The notes beneath the pieces were generated by a model. The model was not told the origin of the DNA and ran no database searches. It saw only the letters and a list, made by a program, of their open reading frames with translations. Positions 25,096-40,400 of a DNA stretch of 64,000 nucleotides are shown here, piece by piece (the stretch's first letter is position 1; each line of letters opens with the position of its first letter). Position numbers and translations under genes: made by a program. This stretch comes from Tubulanus polymorphus (lineage: Eukaryota > Animalia > Nemertea), in NCBI RefSeq assembly GCF_964204645.1, contig NC_134029.1, positions 18,222,950 through 18,286,949 of the forward strand, written 5' to 3'.

Positions 25096-27049
25096 CACAC
25101 ACTCCTTTCTGATGTATCATTTAATAAAGCTGACTATAATCAAGAGTCTAGATACCAGTACACAGAGAAAAATCATCTAGACTGGACAAGTTTTGTGGCA
25201 ACCTTGCTTTTTGTGGAAGTAATTCACCTGTCAGGAACAGCTTTCGCATCCCCCCCGCACCCCCCACATTTCCCACGCTATAACCTTCGAACCTACACCC
25301 TTAAATTATTCAGATTGTAAATACATTTTTTCCATGTGAAAATGGTTTTTGTGTTTTTGTATTTTCATTCTTCTCAACTTGTCTGTACTTTTCGTAGGAA
25401 ATAAAGACTTCATCATCGTTAATACCACGGAACTGATACCAACTGACCGGGAAAGGGTTAAAATTGGTGAATACGACCGCGAACGTTAACGATTCTCGAC
25501 AATCGCAGACACAAAACAAAGTCATTACACGTTATATCTGTCCATTACAGACGACATCTCAACGACTGATAAATGAGTGCAGCTTCTGTAGAATGATTAA
25601 TGAAAGTTTACCACCACCGCGGCAGAGGCTATTGAGAGAACGCAATATCACCGGCAGTGAAGTGTATCATTATCGAAGCCCCCAGCTACAAGAAATAGTA
25701 ATTCGATCTGTAAGATCGATTACTTCACCGGTGACCGTCTCATTTTCATCCCGGTGACAAATTTTATCAGATATTTTTGGACATTCTGATCTGAGTGAGA
25801 GACCGCGCGCGTGATCAATCATCGCCGTCAATCACTTGGTAGAAGGTCCAGTTTTTTTCAATGCGACTCGCTCCCAGTGATAATTTTGGCCGGCAGAGTC
25901 CGTGAAATATCGCTTTGGCCTTTTGTAGAGGAATGCTTTCACCAAAGAAATAAAAAACCCGACGCACTGTAGTCGCAAAATCAATGTGAGCTGCTCAAGC
26001 GGTCTGGGGATGCGTAAGCTTGGGTTATTTCCCAACATATGAAAAGATCTTGGAACAGCGAGATAATTTATTGGTCATCGCACATGCTGCTAGACCGTTT
26101 TTGGCGGGCTCAATAACTGCAGTTTCAAACATCATGCTATTTGATCTATTCATCCTGAATTTAGTACATAAACCTATCTAAGGTAACGTTGTTGACCGAA
26201 ATGAATGATATCAAAAAGTGGAGCTCTTCCTCGTAGCAAAAGCAAACACACCATCTCCTCTCCACAGTCACAGGGCAACTTCATTTGGCAAGATATGCAA
26301 CGAATTAGATTTCATCCATTGTATATTGGTGAACTTGCTGCAGGCAAACCAAATCTTGGTCTTCGAACTCACCCATACTAGATACGGCAACCGTAACATT
26401 TCAATGGCTATAAAATAGTCTCCCCTTATTACAACTTCAATCCAAGTCAGGAAAGTATCTTTCGAACACCCGATTAAAAACATTGGTGTTGAAAAAGTGT
26501 TTCCTTGAAAAGACCACCCTTTGAACAGGAGATAACCATGGCTCTATACGAAAAACTCATATCAGTATCATTATAATTAAATTCAGTCTAGTTGAAATTA
26601 ACCCTCCGGTAAAACTGGTCTGAAACCCCGCTCCAGGTATTCAAAGTATGTGCTATCACTGGGATACCATTGATCGGATGATCAGCCGGAGTATACTGCA
26701 TAAGTCGCATACTCCATCACCGCAGCCGTTTCAAGTACGGCTTTCATTAAGAAAACCCTGAAGATATTTTGTATTCTTTAAGACGGGCGTGCGCGTTAAG
26801 ATGCGTGCAATCTGGTATGTTCACTGGAAAATTGCCTTTATCGAATCGTGCAGGAGAACTAGGGGGTTTCGAAGTAATCAATGGGAACTGTGGTATTAGT
26901 GTGAGAATGTTTAACAGCTGCAGAGAATAAGAGCACTGCAGATAAAGAATAATTCGTTTCATACATCATAGGCAGAAAGAAGAAAAAGCTCATAATATAT
27001 GTCAAATAAAAAATAAGATGCTACGCTACAATCGTGTACAATTTTCATA

Positions 27050-27290
27050 CAAATATCTTGCGTTAGAAGCTCAATCTGCTTACCTATTAATAAATGGCAT
27101 ACATTCACGTCTACAGTAAAACGATATCAGCGAATTGACATTTGGGAAAATCCTGAAGATATTTTCGCTCGGTGCAATATGATCATGCACAATTTCCATA
27201 TAAATATCTCCGTGAGAAGCTCAATCCGTTTACCAATGAATAAATGGTGGTATGGTATATATTCACATCTACAGTTAAGTAACACAGCAA
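27050..27290 (+). repeat. Diverged tandem duplication (agaagctcaatc...aataaatgg...attcac.tctacagt), period about 150-165 bp
   Basis: 27065-27120 compared with 27215-27280. Confidence 0.6.
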
Positions 27291-30200
27291 AATATCATCA
27301 GCATCGAAGTGTTATCAAAATATATTCATTTCCTCTCTGGTCACCTAGTTGCATGTGCAATAGTGTGCATTGTTCTTTCTGTCATGTATTTTAGGTCATT
27401 CCTCGACCTTTTTACTGAAAAAAACCCCAAAAAACCCCGGATTTGAAAAAATAAATTCTAACATTTCGATATTTTAACTTTTTAACTTAACTTTTTGATT
27501 AACTTTTTGATTGTGGGTTACATTTAACTCTTGAATTTGCAACTCATTGCGAAGCTTCACCTCGTCAATATCAGCAAAATGTTGAGATTTGGAAACAGAC
27601 ATTAAAGCTTGATTTCAAAAACTGATCACTGCATTGATGTAGCCAAAACGTGGAAATGAATATGTATTTGATACATCAATGTATAGATATTGCAAATGGA
27701 AACAGATGCCGTGTATTCTTGATCTCTCGGGGCCCGGTATGGAGATTCATGGTGATTCGTGTACACAAAAAAAACCGGGCACATTATTCAGCTTATACAT
27801 CGTGTGACAAAGGATGCGCCGTACGCTTGTATACCGTGAGCAATCAGCCGACCCTTCACTAGTTCTGTCTCACTAGTCGTTCGTTCTCTGTCGTCATTGC
27901 ACTTAATATATGTAGATATAAAACCTATTTCTGATGCAGCTGTGACTACGGATTGTCACATGCAAGCTTCGCGAATTAATCAAATCTCGCATGACAAGAT
28001 CATCTCACTAACATAAAGGCTATCTACATAATACAATTGCACTAACATCCAATGCATGCACGTCTGCGGCTTACATACGGGCATACAGGCAGATAGACAG
28101 ACCAACTCCTTGGACGCGCGGACAGAAAGATAGACCAACTTGCTGGACAGTCAGCAGGCAACCTGTACGAATTTGTCTCTCATCCCCTTGGAAAGATGCA
28201 TTTACGATAACAAGGACGAAAGGTGGAAATTTGAGCTGTGAATAAATAAACTCACAATTCATCCTATTCCCATTTGATTCTCTATGATCATTTTTCATGT
28301 AATGAATTTGTACATTAACTGTGATGTTGAATGGTCTAACTTTCTGACCCCAGACCATCACCGGAATGCTTTTCATCCCCACTTCTTGACAGGACAGCCA
28401 CCTCTGTCTCTTACTTATAAATATTCAGACTAAAAGTCTTAAAGTATCACGATAATCGCTTTTGTCAGAGCCACTTAAATGTTCAGTTGAATGTTATGGG
28501 CTTTTAGTCAAGGGGATTAGATAGGATTAAAACGGATTAACTGAGATGAAGGATTAAAGACTGTCTATTAAATGTAGAAGAAAGTTGTAGTTTTATAGAC
28601 GCATTAAGTCAGATTAATTATATGTATCAAACTACTATTTTACCAAAATACAATCATAATTCAACCTTTGCTTTGTGCATTGTGCGTACCTTATTTCAAC
28701 TTCAAAAACATATGCCTCACACGAGATTTCAGTTTAGTTTGAATCTTGCAGTTCAAAGATTTTAGGTCGTTTCTTCATGAATATAGAGAGGGATCGAGGG
28801 ATATTCCTTGAATCCTCCTCGAAGTCAACTTTTATCGCGCGAGCTAAAATAATTTTTTTTCCAACGTGCAAAAGAACTCTATTTACATTTCCTCGGCGTA
28901 ACAAGAAGGAAACAGTTTCTCACACCGTATTGACAGATCATTAGACATCTCACGGTCGATAACAAAAAACCGCCGTGCCATTTAACAAAAAACATTCAGT
29001 ATCTCTATTCAGCCGTTAAAAATACATGACTTCCGCTTGATGAGTCCCCGCTCGATGACTGTCGTTCGTATTCGTTTCGGCGGACATTTTATGCTTTGTA
29101 ACAAGAATTTCGTTTACGACGAGGCGGCATGCGTATACATAAATCTATCTGACGAGGCTATCGCTCTCTATAGACCGATAAAGCAATTCACGCGAAGACA
29201 TTTCCAGTATGGGCTTCCTAACTAGATTTAACTCGCGCAATGACAGTCAACAAACATCGCATGCAGTCTTTTATCGATAGCAATGAAGTAATGATTCTGC
29301 TGTGTCCATATGATCTATTTATCAGCATATCTATCATACGACTTAATGGCCAAGTTGTGTGGGCATTAACCTTTGGCATTCCTTCCTTGAAAGGCTTTCA
29401 CCAGAATCGGTCAATCAGGACTCATAGCTCGCTAATTAGGCCTCGTCTAGTCAAGTAATTGTACATGTAAAGCTAAAATTAGCTACAGAAAACGTATAAA
29501 TCAACTATTGCTTTGGGAAACAGGAGTAGTTTGAAATTTACATCATGTTATCACAAAGACTAGGTTTTAACCAGTGTTTCAATCGTTAGCACATTGTGGT
29601 AGATGCTCTCCTATTTGCTCCCAAACTGTTGAACTCGCTTCAAGCTGATACACTATTAGCACAGGACAATACGAAAGAAGTTAGTTAGACATAGTTCCCA
29701 ATACATGGGATCTTGAAAAGGGTGCATTTATACCACCAACAATGCGAGTACCAGAGGCTTAGCGCAGAAACACAAGGGGTGGTCCTGCTCCAGAAAATCT
29801 TGGAAAATTTGGTGCAATTATGAAAGTTTTAGATTTCGTTGGTCGCTTAAATGAATTGAGTTATAACTCATTGCTTTTGCTGGCCCTGTATTTTTCAAAA
29901 TTATTTTTAACAAATATGGCAATTGTGATCGGTATATATGCCACTACTTATGATTCACACTACCAATAGTTAGTCTATACTTATCTGGCCTGTACCTGGA
30001 ATGAACCAATTTAGAACAGACAGAATAAATGCTATGCGTTCAACTACGGTTTTTAATCAGCAGTTATCGCTGGTCCAGCAAGTCGAAACACTGTCATTGA
30101 CAGGAAACCTGCATCAGTCTTTTTGGTTAGTCTTTTTGGTTGGTCTAAATTTCAAAATGTCTAAATGGAACGGACCAATTAAGAACATACTTTTCGACAT

Positions 30201-30829
30201 TGTGAACAGTTGGCCTATTCATTGTAAGAGAATGGTATTCAAAATTATGTAATGTGAATGTGGTTCATGTTCAGAGTTTTGCCTGAAAGAAAGAATCCAT
30301 CATTGCAACAACAAATGTGAATGCTTAATTCAGCCACTTGTCATTTTCAGAAGATCTTTTCATTTCAATGCTTTAATGACAGTGTAACGTTGATCTCCTA
30401 TTGAAGTTTAGACACAGCCAACATCGATAACTCTTTATGTGACATGCATTGATCACAGCCTCGTAGTATCTATCGTGACTATGATCTGAATCAATTTCTA
30501 TAGAAATTGATCACCCATACAAATAAAATATGTTACAACATATACCACAAATGAAAGTGGCAACCTGAACCTGTGAACAAATTCATTAAGTGAAAGAGTG
30601 GAAAGTTATTTAGAGAACTGAAATAGATCTCAACATGAATCATTCGCACCTCTATCTAAAGGTGTAAAAGAGAGATGCCTCATTAACACATTTCTGTTGG
30701 TAGTTTTACCTTTGAGGGCAAAAGTAGCTGGATGATAAAAGTCATAGTTATAAGTAAGATATCATGCAAACATCTTAATATCTTAGTATTATGCATATAT
30801 GACGAGGTGTATAACCACTGACCAAGTGG

Positions 30830-30960
30830 ACTCGTTCCGTTGGTCTACTGGTTAGCAAGCTTGCTTTCTACGTACATGACCCAGGTTCGTCTGTATTGAG
30901 TGGCCAGATGATCCCAATTTTGGAAGTGTTTGCAGCTCAGCGGCCTTTAGTTTAAGATTT
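30830..30960 (+). mobile_element. tRNA-derived SINE head remnant
   Basis: A-box-like tggtctactggttag and B-box-like ggttcg at tRNA spacing; no intact acceptor stem. Confidence 0.4.
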
Positions 30961-31585
30961 ATCTTCCTAATGAAATTGCATACATACCTCGGTAAACTTA
31001 CTAATGATCAGATCGACAGGACATATTTTTGAAATGACATCGAAAAGAATACATTAAAAACATATTCTCCATAGTGCCATAGTAGCCTCAGTAAACTATG
31101 GGCTTATTCAGGGTTTATGGTCGTTATCTCTTCTTAACTATTCACTATCACAGGATCCATCAACTTAATCAGGATAAACATGACCATGAATAGTTTAACA
31201 TTTTGATGTTTCAACGCGCAATTTAACACGTAATGGGCATTATACACATCGTACCATTCATTCTTCTCAGCGAGAAATCTACTAACACTGCGTAGCATTG
31301 GGATTTCCATTAAGAAAAGTAAGCAAGATGCTGTAATAAGCTCGCACAGCTATTCGAAGCATAAATATGTGTCCTCCAAATTTAAGCTACTTTCATGATA
31401 TGGCTAGTTAAACCTTGACGGGCCAATAAGAACGGACCAAATGAACCCTGTTCCCATAATCACCAGTGCAATATTTAAAGCGAAGTTTCTATTTCAAAAT
31501 CTAATGGACCAGTTAAGAATGGACATTTCTATAGCCTATTAAGTGTGCGCCACTGTGCCAACCTACTTCAAATGGTTGTTACAAC

Positions 31586-31601
31586 CATGGACTTCAAATT
31601 C
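31586..31601. mobile_element. One-ended 16-bp CATGGACT insert with 7-bp direct repeat (putative footprint)
   Basis: ttacaac|catggacttcaaattc|ttacaac; the first 12 nt are identical to 57256-57267. Confidence 0.5.
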
Positions 31602-31649
31602 TTACAACCTCCAACATAACAATTCCACTTTCAACAGAAAATGACTCGC

Positions 31650-32047
<398 letters not shown>

Positions 32048-32979
32048 AAGGCTTGAATTAATGAAGGATAGACGAAATCCCTTGGGTTGAATTTAATTGA
32101 ACTGTGATTAAATGGTGTATAGTTGTGTGACATAGTCTATTTGAATCTTATTATACCCCTTGAGACTAATCAATGTGATTGCTCTGTCTCTCCCTCCCGC
32201 TCTCAACATCATCTCTATCTGTGTGTGCGTGTGTGTGTGTGAACACAGACTACCCAGATATATTCTCTTCATGTCACGAACGTTGCGACCGACTGACTTC
32301 GGCGAGCGTATCGAAAAAAAAAATTTAACTAAACAAGGTTCACGGAATCACTTCAAGATCAAGCGAGATATCTCAACGATATATACGGCCATGTTCGAAT
32401 GATTATCTCGACAATATATACCACCATGTTCGAACGATTATACCGAATATCGGGGCCGGCTCGCATACGTCTTCCGAATATCGCCGGTACAATTTTGCAC
32501 GGCTTCTTTCATCTAGTCCGAGTTTCTGACTCTTAAATGATTAAAAATCGCTGGCTTCAAACAAAGCGTTCTCACGCCATTGAAGGGAATTGGCAGCGTT
32601 TCTATTTTTTTACGCACTCCTATACCACCGCAAATGTTAGTACGCCGATATTATCATCAAAAGTGCCGGGGAGTAAATATTGCGCCCCGAAGAAAGGTAA
32701 TAGATTTCCTAGTCTAATAGAAACCCAGCCATGTTTGAATAATGCCACGTAATCATTCTAATAATATTCCCACCATGGCGATCAATCAGCCGTAATTACT
32801 CGCATAATTTGATCAAACTACTAATGCTTTATTTAAAAATGGCAAATAAAGCAGCATTTAGCTTTTTCGTTTGAATATTGAAAGTTGCTAAGGAAAATCC
32901 TAAGAATTCTAACCGAATCTATGGACAATATCAAATATGAGTATGAGTGCATGGCCAAACTAAGAAGAGTTTGCCGAAT

Positions 32980-33305
32980 GGTAAATCACAGGACTAGTAC
33001 CAATCGTAGTGATCCACATGATTACCGATTTTATTTGAATGACCAATGTGAGGACAGAACTATTCAAGAGTGGTCAATATGATCACAGCACTTTTCGACA
33101 GTGATCAATGTGATCACAGGGCTATTCTAGAGTGACATGTGGTATAACCATAGCATTTCTGAATGCGATCATGGGACTAAGAATAGCATTTTAAAAATAA
33201 TATTTGATCAATATGATCAGCGCCTTCAGGTAGCAGCTCATCAGTAATATATGACCAAAGCAATCACAGGACTAACATTTTTTAAACACAAGGTGATCAC
33301 TGACA
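32980..33305 (+). repeat. Degenerate ~30-bp minisatellite (gtgatcaatgtgatcacagg..ctattc)
   Basis: Recurring gatcacag / gtgatcaat units. Confidence 0.6.
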
Positions 33306-33677
33306 GACCGAGGCTACATTTGTGAAGCAAACGTAATCGAGACGATCACTGTAGCGCTTTCCAGAACATGATCAAAGTGATAAACTGACTGGTAAAGAAT
33401 TTCATCGTAATAACGGTCACGAAAGCAGGTTGAATTTCTGCGATACAGTGGACTAATACGTGGGATTTGTTGGGCGATACAAGATCCGCACATAGTCGAG
33501 CATTTGTATGCAGTGACAATGACAGAGGAAAGGAATCTATTGATTTGCAGTGAATCGAAACATTAATACACCTATGCGGAGATAAGAGTCGAGATAGCGA
33601 CAACTATGTACGCGTGATTAATTATTGAAAACTAATATCATTTTCAAGTTTCTGTATGTAGCTACACATATAAATAC

Positions 33678-33967
33678 CAGGGGTGGATCCAGAGATTATA
33701 TGGGGGGAGGGGGCACCCAATGAAAAGGGCAATAATAATCAAGAAGAGGTACTATCCGCGAGTAGCGAAAGTAGCTCAAGGGGGGTCTGGTGGCCCTCAC
33801 CCAGGAAAATATTGAAAAAAAACCCTGCAGATGCAATTTGAGCTTGTTTCGACCAAAGAAATATAGATAAGGAGCCTTTGGATGAGGTGGTGTCGAATTT
33901 ATAACAGGAAAACTGAAAATCTAGAGGGTAGCACGTGCCCCAGGTACTACCCCTGGGTCAGTGCCTG
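33678..33967. mobile_element. hAT-like GGATCC-family MITE with 5-bp TSD
   Basis: aatac|caggggtggatccag...ctgggtcagtgcctg|aatac. Confidence 0.75.
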
Positions 33968-35125
33968 AATACAGTCAATCAAAATTTTATTCTGTTCAGT
34001 CTTGCACTATTTATCTTGCAGAGATAAGGTTTTGGGGTAGTAAGGGTTTTCTTGATTACCCAGCGCACAGATCAACCACCTGGAAAATTTCTCATTGATA
34101 TTTCAATCCTATTTTCCATTTACTAATTAGCAGAATTAAATTTACATTTCTTTACATTTCTTTGTTTTTTCCATCATTTCAATTCAATTCAACACAATAT
34201 CCATTCCTTTTCATTTCGTATTTTTCTAAATGGAAAACACTTGAATCAAAAGAATCATTTCAATTTTCTCCAGTTCCCTTTTATTTCAAGACAAATGTAA
34301 TAGAAAATTTTTTTTCTAATGTTTTTCCCTTTGCCCTTCAATATTTTCTTAGTACTCTATTGTACTCTAAATAATGAGGCCTAAAGAAAATTAATGGAAA
34401 ATTCGGTCTCAATTTGGTTCCATGGGCTGATCGCAGATTATATTATTTCATATCTTTCTATGATATTTTTGAAGATAGACCAGAAAGTCTTAACGATCTA
34501 TTTTCCACTTCAGCAAATAAGGTCTTCACCTCCGACTTGCCACAACATACAACATACCCATACCATTGATAATTATACAAGCATACAGCCAAAACATTAG
34601 GGGGAAAATGACCAATATTTGTATCACATTTACAGACCATAAACAGATACTCAAAATTCCTTGAACTTTATTTACAGGACTATCTTTCGTTTAGTCATTT
34701 CGACATATAACTAAATGGTTCAAAATGCTTGCGTAAAATGTAAATTTCTTGAGAAAAAATAGATCGACGCATGCCATTGAGAGAAAACCATGGCCACCTC
34801 CTAAAAAACGCACTCGGGGGAACCTTTCATCTCGCATTTCGTCATTAACCGCGTATAGAATCGATCGGCGATGCTTTAAGATTTCGGTATCCAGTCGGAT
34901 TATCTAATTTCACACAAGAACTACTTCGCCGACTCGCACCGAGAACAACTGTCAACAATCGGCGTACTCGCGTTACCAAGGAGTTCGTCGTCAAGTGACA
35001 TATTTGACACCGGTCGGAAACGCGAGACCGCAATATGGCAGGTCTAGCGAGCCGTTCAGGTGCTTTACACACATACAGCTCGGTTACCTCTCAGTATATA
35101 AATAAGTCATACATCGCGTATCCTG

Positions 35126-35312
35126 TGGAAGCGAATTTCGCAATGTAAGCCGGATATTCTTCTTTCAACATACGCCATATGAAAAACAAGGGCGCATCCA
35201 GATTTAATTTTTTTGTGCTCCTGTCAAAGAATGCCCCTGGATGCGCCCTTGTTTTTCATATGGCGTACGTTGAAAGAAGAATATCCGGCTTACATTGCGA
35301 AATTCGCTTCCA
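35126..35312. repeat. Near-perfect inverted repeat: 76-bp arms (1 mismatch) and 35-bp spacer
   Basis: 35126-35201 is the reverse complement of 35237-35312; the inner ends caagggcgcatccag/ctggatgcgcccttg resemble the GGATCC-family MITE TIRs. Confidence 0.95.
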
Positions 35313-37127
35313 TGTATATGTACTGAAAAAAAGGCACGCACCCACGTAGAGTGAGCGCAAAGCCTAAATAGGAGACTCGGGCCAGTTGCCCAAAAGTTGG
35401 TTAAAGATAACTGGTGGATAATTACCAACTTTGACCTTAGTAACAATGAACTTTTAATTGTCACTACGTCAACTATTCACTGGTTTACTCTAACCAACTT
35501 AGGAGCAACTTACTCCGTAAAAATTCGAAAATTCCAGTATTTCTTTCCACTGGCAATTCAGTGACATTAAAGAAAATGTGTTAAAGCGCGTAGGCCCGAG
35601 TCCAGTGCAGCTTCATCAGTTATGGGTGGAAAAAAAGGCACAGGGTAATAGCGGCGGTTGCACGTCCGGATCCACCCGCGAAAAACGTCATCATTTGTGT
35701 ACGTAGTCACCCCACCCCGTTCTAACTGAATTTTTGCTCCGGATAAAAACACCTGCCGACGAACGTTCACGTAAATTACTTGAAACTCAAACGTAATTCG
35801 TTTTGCTTACAGCGTTTTTCCATCAAATGCTTCTATTATGATACGATATGTTTCCCTAGATTGGCATCTTCCTTCAAATCTTCAACACTGTAATAAAAGC
35901 GAGTTATCATAGAAATAACGGAGTAACGAGTATCATTAATGAACTTAACAGGGCTCGATCCAGGTGGAATTACATCTCTGGTACAAATTGGCATTTTCGC
36001 AACAGATCATTCTTTCCTAGCGCGTGCACAACAAGAAATAGGACACGAAACGTGATGAAAGTTTTCGTGGCTTGTTTCGTGACTACGTCTGGTGCACCGA
36101 AACGAGAAATCTCTGTGTGTGATGTCGGAGTAGCTAACAGGAAAACCGATGCACAATGACCAATCACTGACATCGGATGGATTCAATCACAGCCATTTTG
36201 ATATCATGCAATACGATTACTACTTCCCTCATTGCTATTGGTGCTGTGCTATTGGCGCAGTGTACTTGTGTTTATATTGTTTTGCTGTGCACGAAAGCAT
36301 TTTAACTAAATATCAAAAGACATGAACACAAAATCGATTTCTTTTTTCATTTTTTTTTCTTCTTCCGTATGCCAAGGTGAAAGATTAGCCGAGGAAAGCT
36401 TCTAGAATGCATTTTCATTTTCAAATTTATATCTTTCTGGTGCTTGCTTCGCACACATTGCGGTCTATACAAGACTACCCACTGATTCTTATAATACTTA
36501 TGAATCAACCATGATTGAAACATTGACAAAAAGTGGATTCAAAGCTTAAGAATGATATAATGCTTAGGCGGGAATTAAAAAATCTTAGCAAAGCATCTCA
36601 TTCCTGGTCGACAGTATGGGTATTATCAAACATTCATAGTCTTTCCGGTAGAATCTGATGATATGATTTAGCTGAAATCATAGTTATAGATTTTCATACA
36701 TCGAATCCGACTGTGAAGCTTCTAAAAATATTCATTGAAACTGGTTCCTGACTAGAACACGCTGGGGAAATGTCTGGGTTGATATATTTGGGAAGGAGTT
36801 CTTATGCCTAGGCAGCGAGTATGTCCGAGCATGAACATACTGGAAAAACAATATCCGTGCAGCTCTCAGAATTAGAGACTGGTGGAGAACCATCGTTCAT
36901 ATCACATCATGGCCCGACGCTAGCAGTCACAGTGTGAATCAATACTGAACTGAAGAGCGATGATCACCTTTGACATGAACCCCGCTGGGAATGCTGTCGT
37001 TCGTAGATGCAATTAAGAAATTTAGCTACGGGTAATTGGCTGGCAATATAACCAGTAATTGAAGTAGCCAATGGCCATATTTCGGTAACACTGCAGTATC
37101 GCTAGAGTACATACAGGTAGAATATAT

Positions 37128-37213
37128 AGCTGTGATCGCACGAGGCGCGGGCCCAATTTACCTGATCCATGTCAATTTGGCCCGGCCCAAATCGTCTCCA
37201 TGTGATCGCCGCT
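37128..37213 (-). mobile_element. Short deletion derivative of the AGCCGCGATCACAC MITE
   Basis: tat|agctgtgatcgcac...tgtgatcgccgct|tat. Confidence 0.7.
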
Positions 37214-37241
37214 TATGGCTTTTCCCATTAATGTACATATA

Positions 37242-37415
37242 CAGTAAACATCGCCGTCCTCTGATATGGCCAACTTAGACTTTTGAATAACTCAGGGCAA
37301 AAACAGAACAATTTTTCTGACTCCTTGATGTATTTTTCTATCCTTAACACGGACTTCGCTTGTCTCGGCCGAATTATGCCAGTCCCAGTTTTTTCGAGTA
37401 AGGCGAGGTTTACTG
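37242..37415. mobile_element. Tc1/mariner (pogo-like) MITE
   Basis: TA|cagtaaacatcgcc...ggcgaggtttactg|TA. Confidence 0.75.
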
Positions 37416-40400
37416 TACAAATGAACTAAGAATTACTTTTTCTTCAGAAGAATGCGCCTTCTGAGGTGGCGAGTGCTATAGTCTAGATTGATATTGGAAT
37501 CTGGCGTACTACTAAATACTCATAAAGATGAATACTTGGGGAAATGTTAGGTTATTTACATCCGCGAAGAAGAATTCTTGCTTGCATATTTTGCTTGTTA
37601 AACTGTTCTACACTAGATAAATGATAACTGGTGATGAATCTGCTACTTGCAGCAATCGATTCCGACGTGTGTGTATGTCTAAGGCGCCCTGTTATAACCT
37701 GCGAAACTTCCATTAGACCAGAAACTACAAAGGATTCTTAAGTCAGAATCACATTGTTACCTATGTGGCTTCTCTATAGAGATACATCCATACGCGCGTG
37801 TAAAGGGTGCGTTCGCAAAGGTTGACGCTGAATATATACCATGACCATGAACATGATGGGTGGATTTCTCTTTGAAATTGATAATCTTTATTAAAACTTG
37901 CACTATGTATAAAAAGCGAAATAGACCAAGAAGACAAAAGACGAAATCAAAGAAAATGAAACCACCTGGTTGTTTCACATTGCTCTTTGGAACGATAGAT
38001 AATCTGAAAATGCGCACAAGAGCTCAAATTCTTCCAACTTTTCTGGCAGGCCCCAATAATTTTTTTGGTAGACCCCATTAGGATTACGGTTCTTTTCTGT
38101 TGAGGTCTGACTCCCTCAAATTTGCGGAACCACCCTTGACAGTATATCTTGCAAGCTAAAACATTCTCTGGGTGAAACAGATACGCAGTGTTCTCTTATC
38201 TTGAAAGACCGTCATTGTATTACTGTTTAGAACACTGCACGAAACGAGCTGATTGGCGTTTATCGACTATAATACATCATCTTTTATTCAAACAATGAAC
38301 GCAAATTGAAAAAAATCTAATTGACTCTGAAACATTCCGGCTGTATACTTTTTAATTGTAATTCCGTGTAATTACACTTCACGCCAAGTCGGTCGTATGT
38401 CGTCATTGCGGCTGACAGAATGCTTTTAGATGATATTCGCACGCCGATAATATCCGACGAACGAACGAGGTAGCGAACATCGTCGTCGGCTAGCGCGGTA
38501 TACACGCTCAAATAGACCCATTAGCGATGAATGTAGCCGGGTTATTAATGCACCAACGACAACGGAATCAATACCGAACTGATGAACAAAGACAACTGCG
38601 CGCGCGCGGATGAAAGCGGAATGACTACTGGTGTGCTGCTGGATGCCGAATCCAATCCAATAACCCGACGTGCCACCGATGCTTACGACTAATAGATCTT
38701 TTGTTTTACCGCAATATGAGACATCGTTTATAGTTTATAGAATCGCGAACGAAATATCTTCCGCTAATAAGCGTACGCTGACAATTGTCATAGAAATTTG
38801 TACTTGTTATCAATCGCTTCATTAAATCAACTTCATTGTTAATTTACACAATCGGCAAAGATGAGAAATAACCTAAGTACAGTAGACTCCGCACAAGTTG
38901 GACCTTTTACCATCCTAAACGTTTGTCCATCCTGAGTGATATCGAAGTTAGATGTTATATATCTTACATAAGGCTAACACAATTGCTACCTTGTTTCTCA
39001 TTTCTGCTGTGCGTAACCTGGTCGACTGTCTATTTACATTAATTTTTTTACTAAGTAATCCTCCTTTTAACCTGCTAGATTTTAGGATCAGAGATCATGA
39101 GTATTTACAGATCATGTTTAAAGATAATTGTCCTTTGTATTTCTTTGAGGGTAGAATATGGGATAGATTCATATTTGAATATGAAAAAAATTACTCGGAT
39201 CAGAATGAAAGCTTTTATTAGACTCCACTCAACTCGGATCTGATCAACTCAGACATTTGTTGAAAGATTATTACCTTCTTTGTCACTTTTGTATACTGCA
39301 ATGAATTTTGCATTCAGTTCATTTCTTCGCTGCCGAGTGTGTCATCATCAGCTTGATTGTGATTTTCAAAAAAGTAAAGTACCAATTAACTTTAAACATG
39401 ATCTCTAAATATTCATGATCTCTGGTCCTAAGATCTAGCATGTTAAGCGAGATTTGACAACACAACATCATCATCGCCGTCATTACAGGCGCAGTTCGAC
39501 GCTTTTGACTTCATTTTCAACTCGAATAGCTTGTTTAGAAACGACACGAATAAACGCCGGGGAAAAAAGTATCACAGGAAATCGGGTATCGCGTTAGTAT
39601 CGTGTTTCTTCATTGAAATGTCAAGTGGTAGAATTTCTGAAACTCGTTTTCCGAGATGAAAACCCGATAAGCACTTCAAGTGCATCAGCAGTAATCGAGG
39701 TGACAGATATACGTATCGAAGCATGACTACATCAGACATACACTACATTACGTGTGTAGATCAGATATCTGCAACGAACGGCAATGTCAACCAAAGCTGG
39801 CGAAACCTTCAGGGATTCAATACGCGAATACGCCATTTTTACCGAACAAATCATTTTCAGGGGTGTTTTTGCAGCGCGGAATTAATTGACAAAAATTAAC
39901 TTCAATCACTTCGATTCTGTTATTCCAAAAATTCAAGCTCAACCCAATTCGCAGTTGAATTTGAGTTCAGAGAATCAAATTCATAGTTAAAAGGTTTTAA
40001 TCAACACAGGGACATTAACTGAGTTGACTCTAAAACGCTTTTCGAGTCCACAGTTGAATCTACAGAGAAATGTGCCTGAATCCTACATACAGTAAATTGG
40101 ACTCTGGAATGAACATTGATCTATTCCCAGAGCTAATGCGCGTAACCGACAACAAAAATTACACACAACGAAGCCTCGAGTTTTATAGGAGTTTTATGCC
40201 GCGTTACGAGACTTCATTAATTTTCTACCTCAGCCGTTGATGGATGGATCGAGTTGTGTGTTTACACCTAGATAGAGTAAAGAAAAGAAAAGAGAGATGC
40301 CGGAATCAGATTCACATCAGATATTTGCCTTTGGCACTTGTATTGTATCCGCTCCTTTGTTACCGAATATAAATGCCATTAATAAGGAAAGATTCGGTCT

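Noticed and set aside
29590-29650. APKLLNSL peptide resembling an L2/CR1 ORF2 end
   Set aside because: Too short and degenerate to support a call.
30830-30910. Functional tRNA gene (also 62470-62545)
   Set aside because: A and B boxes are present but no complete cloverleaf; better explained as SINE heads.
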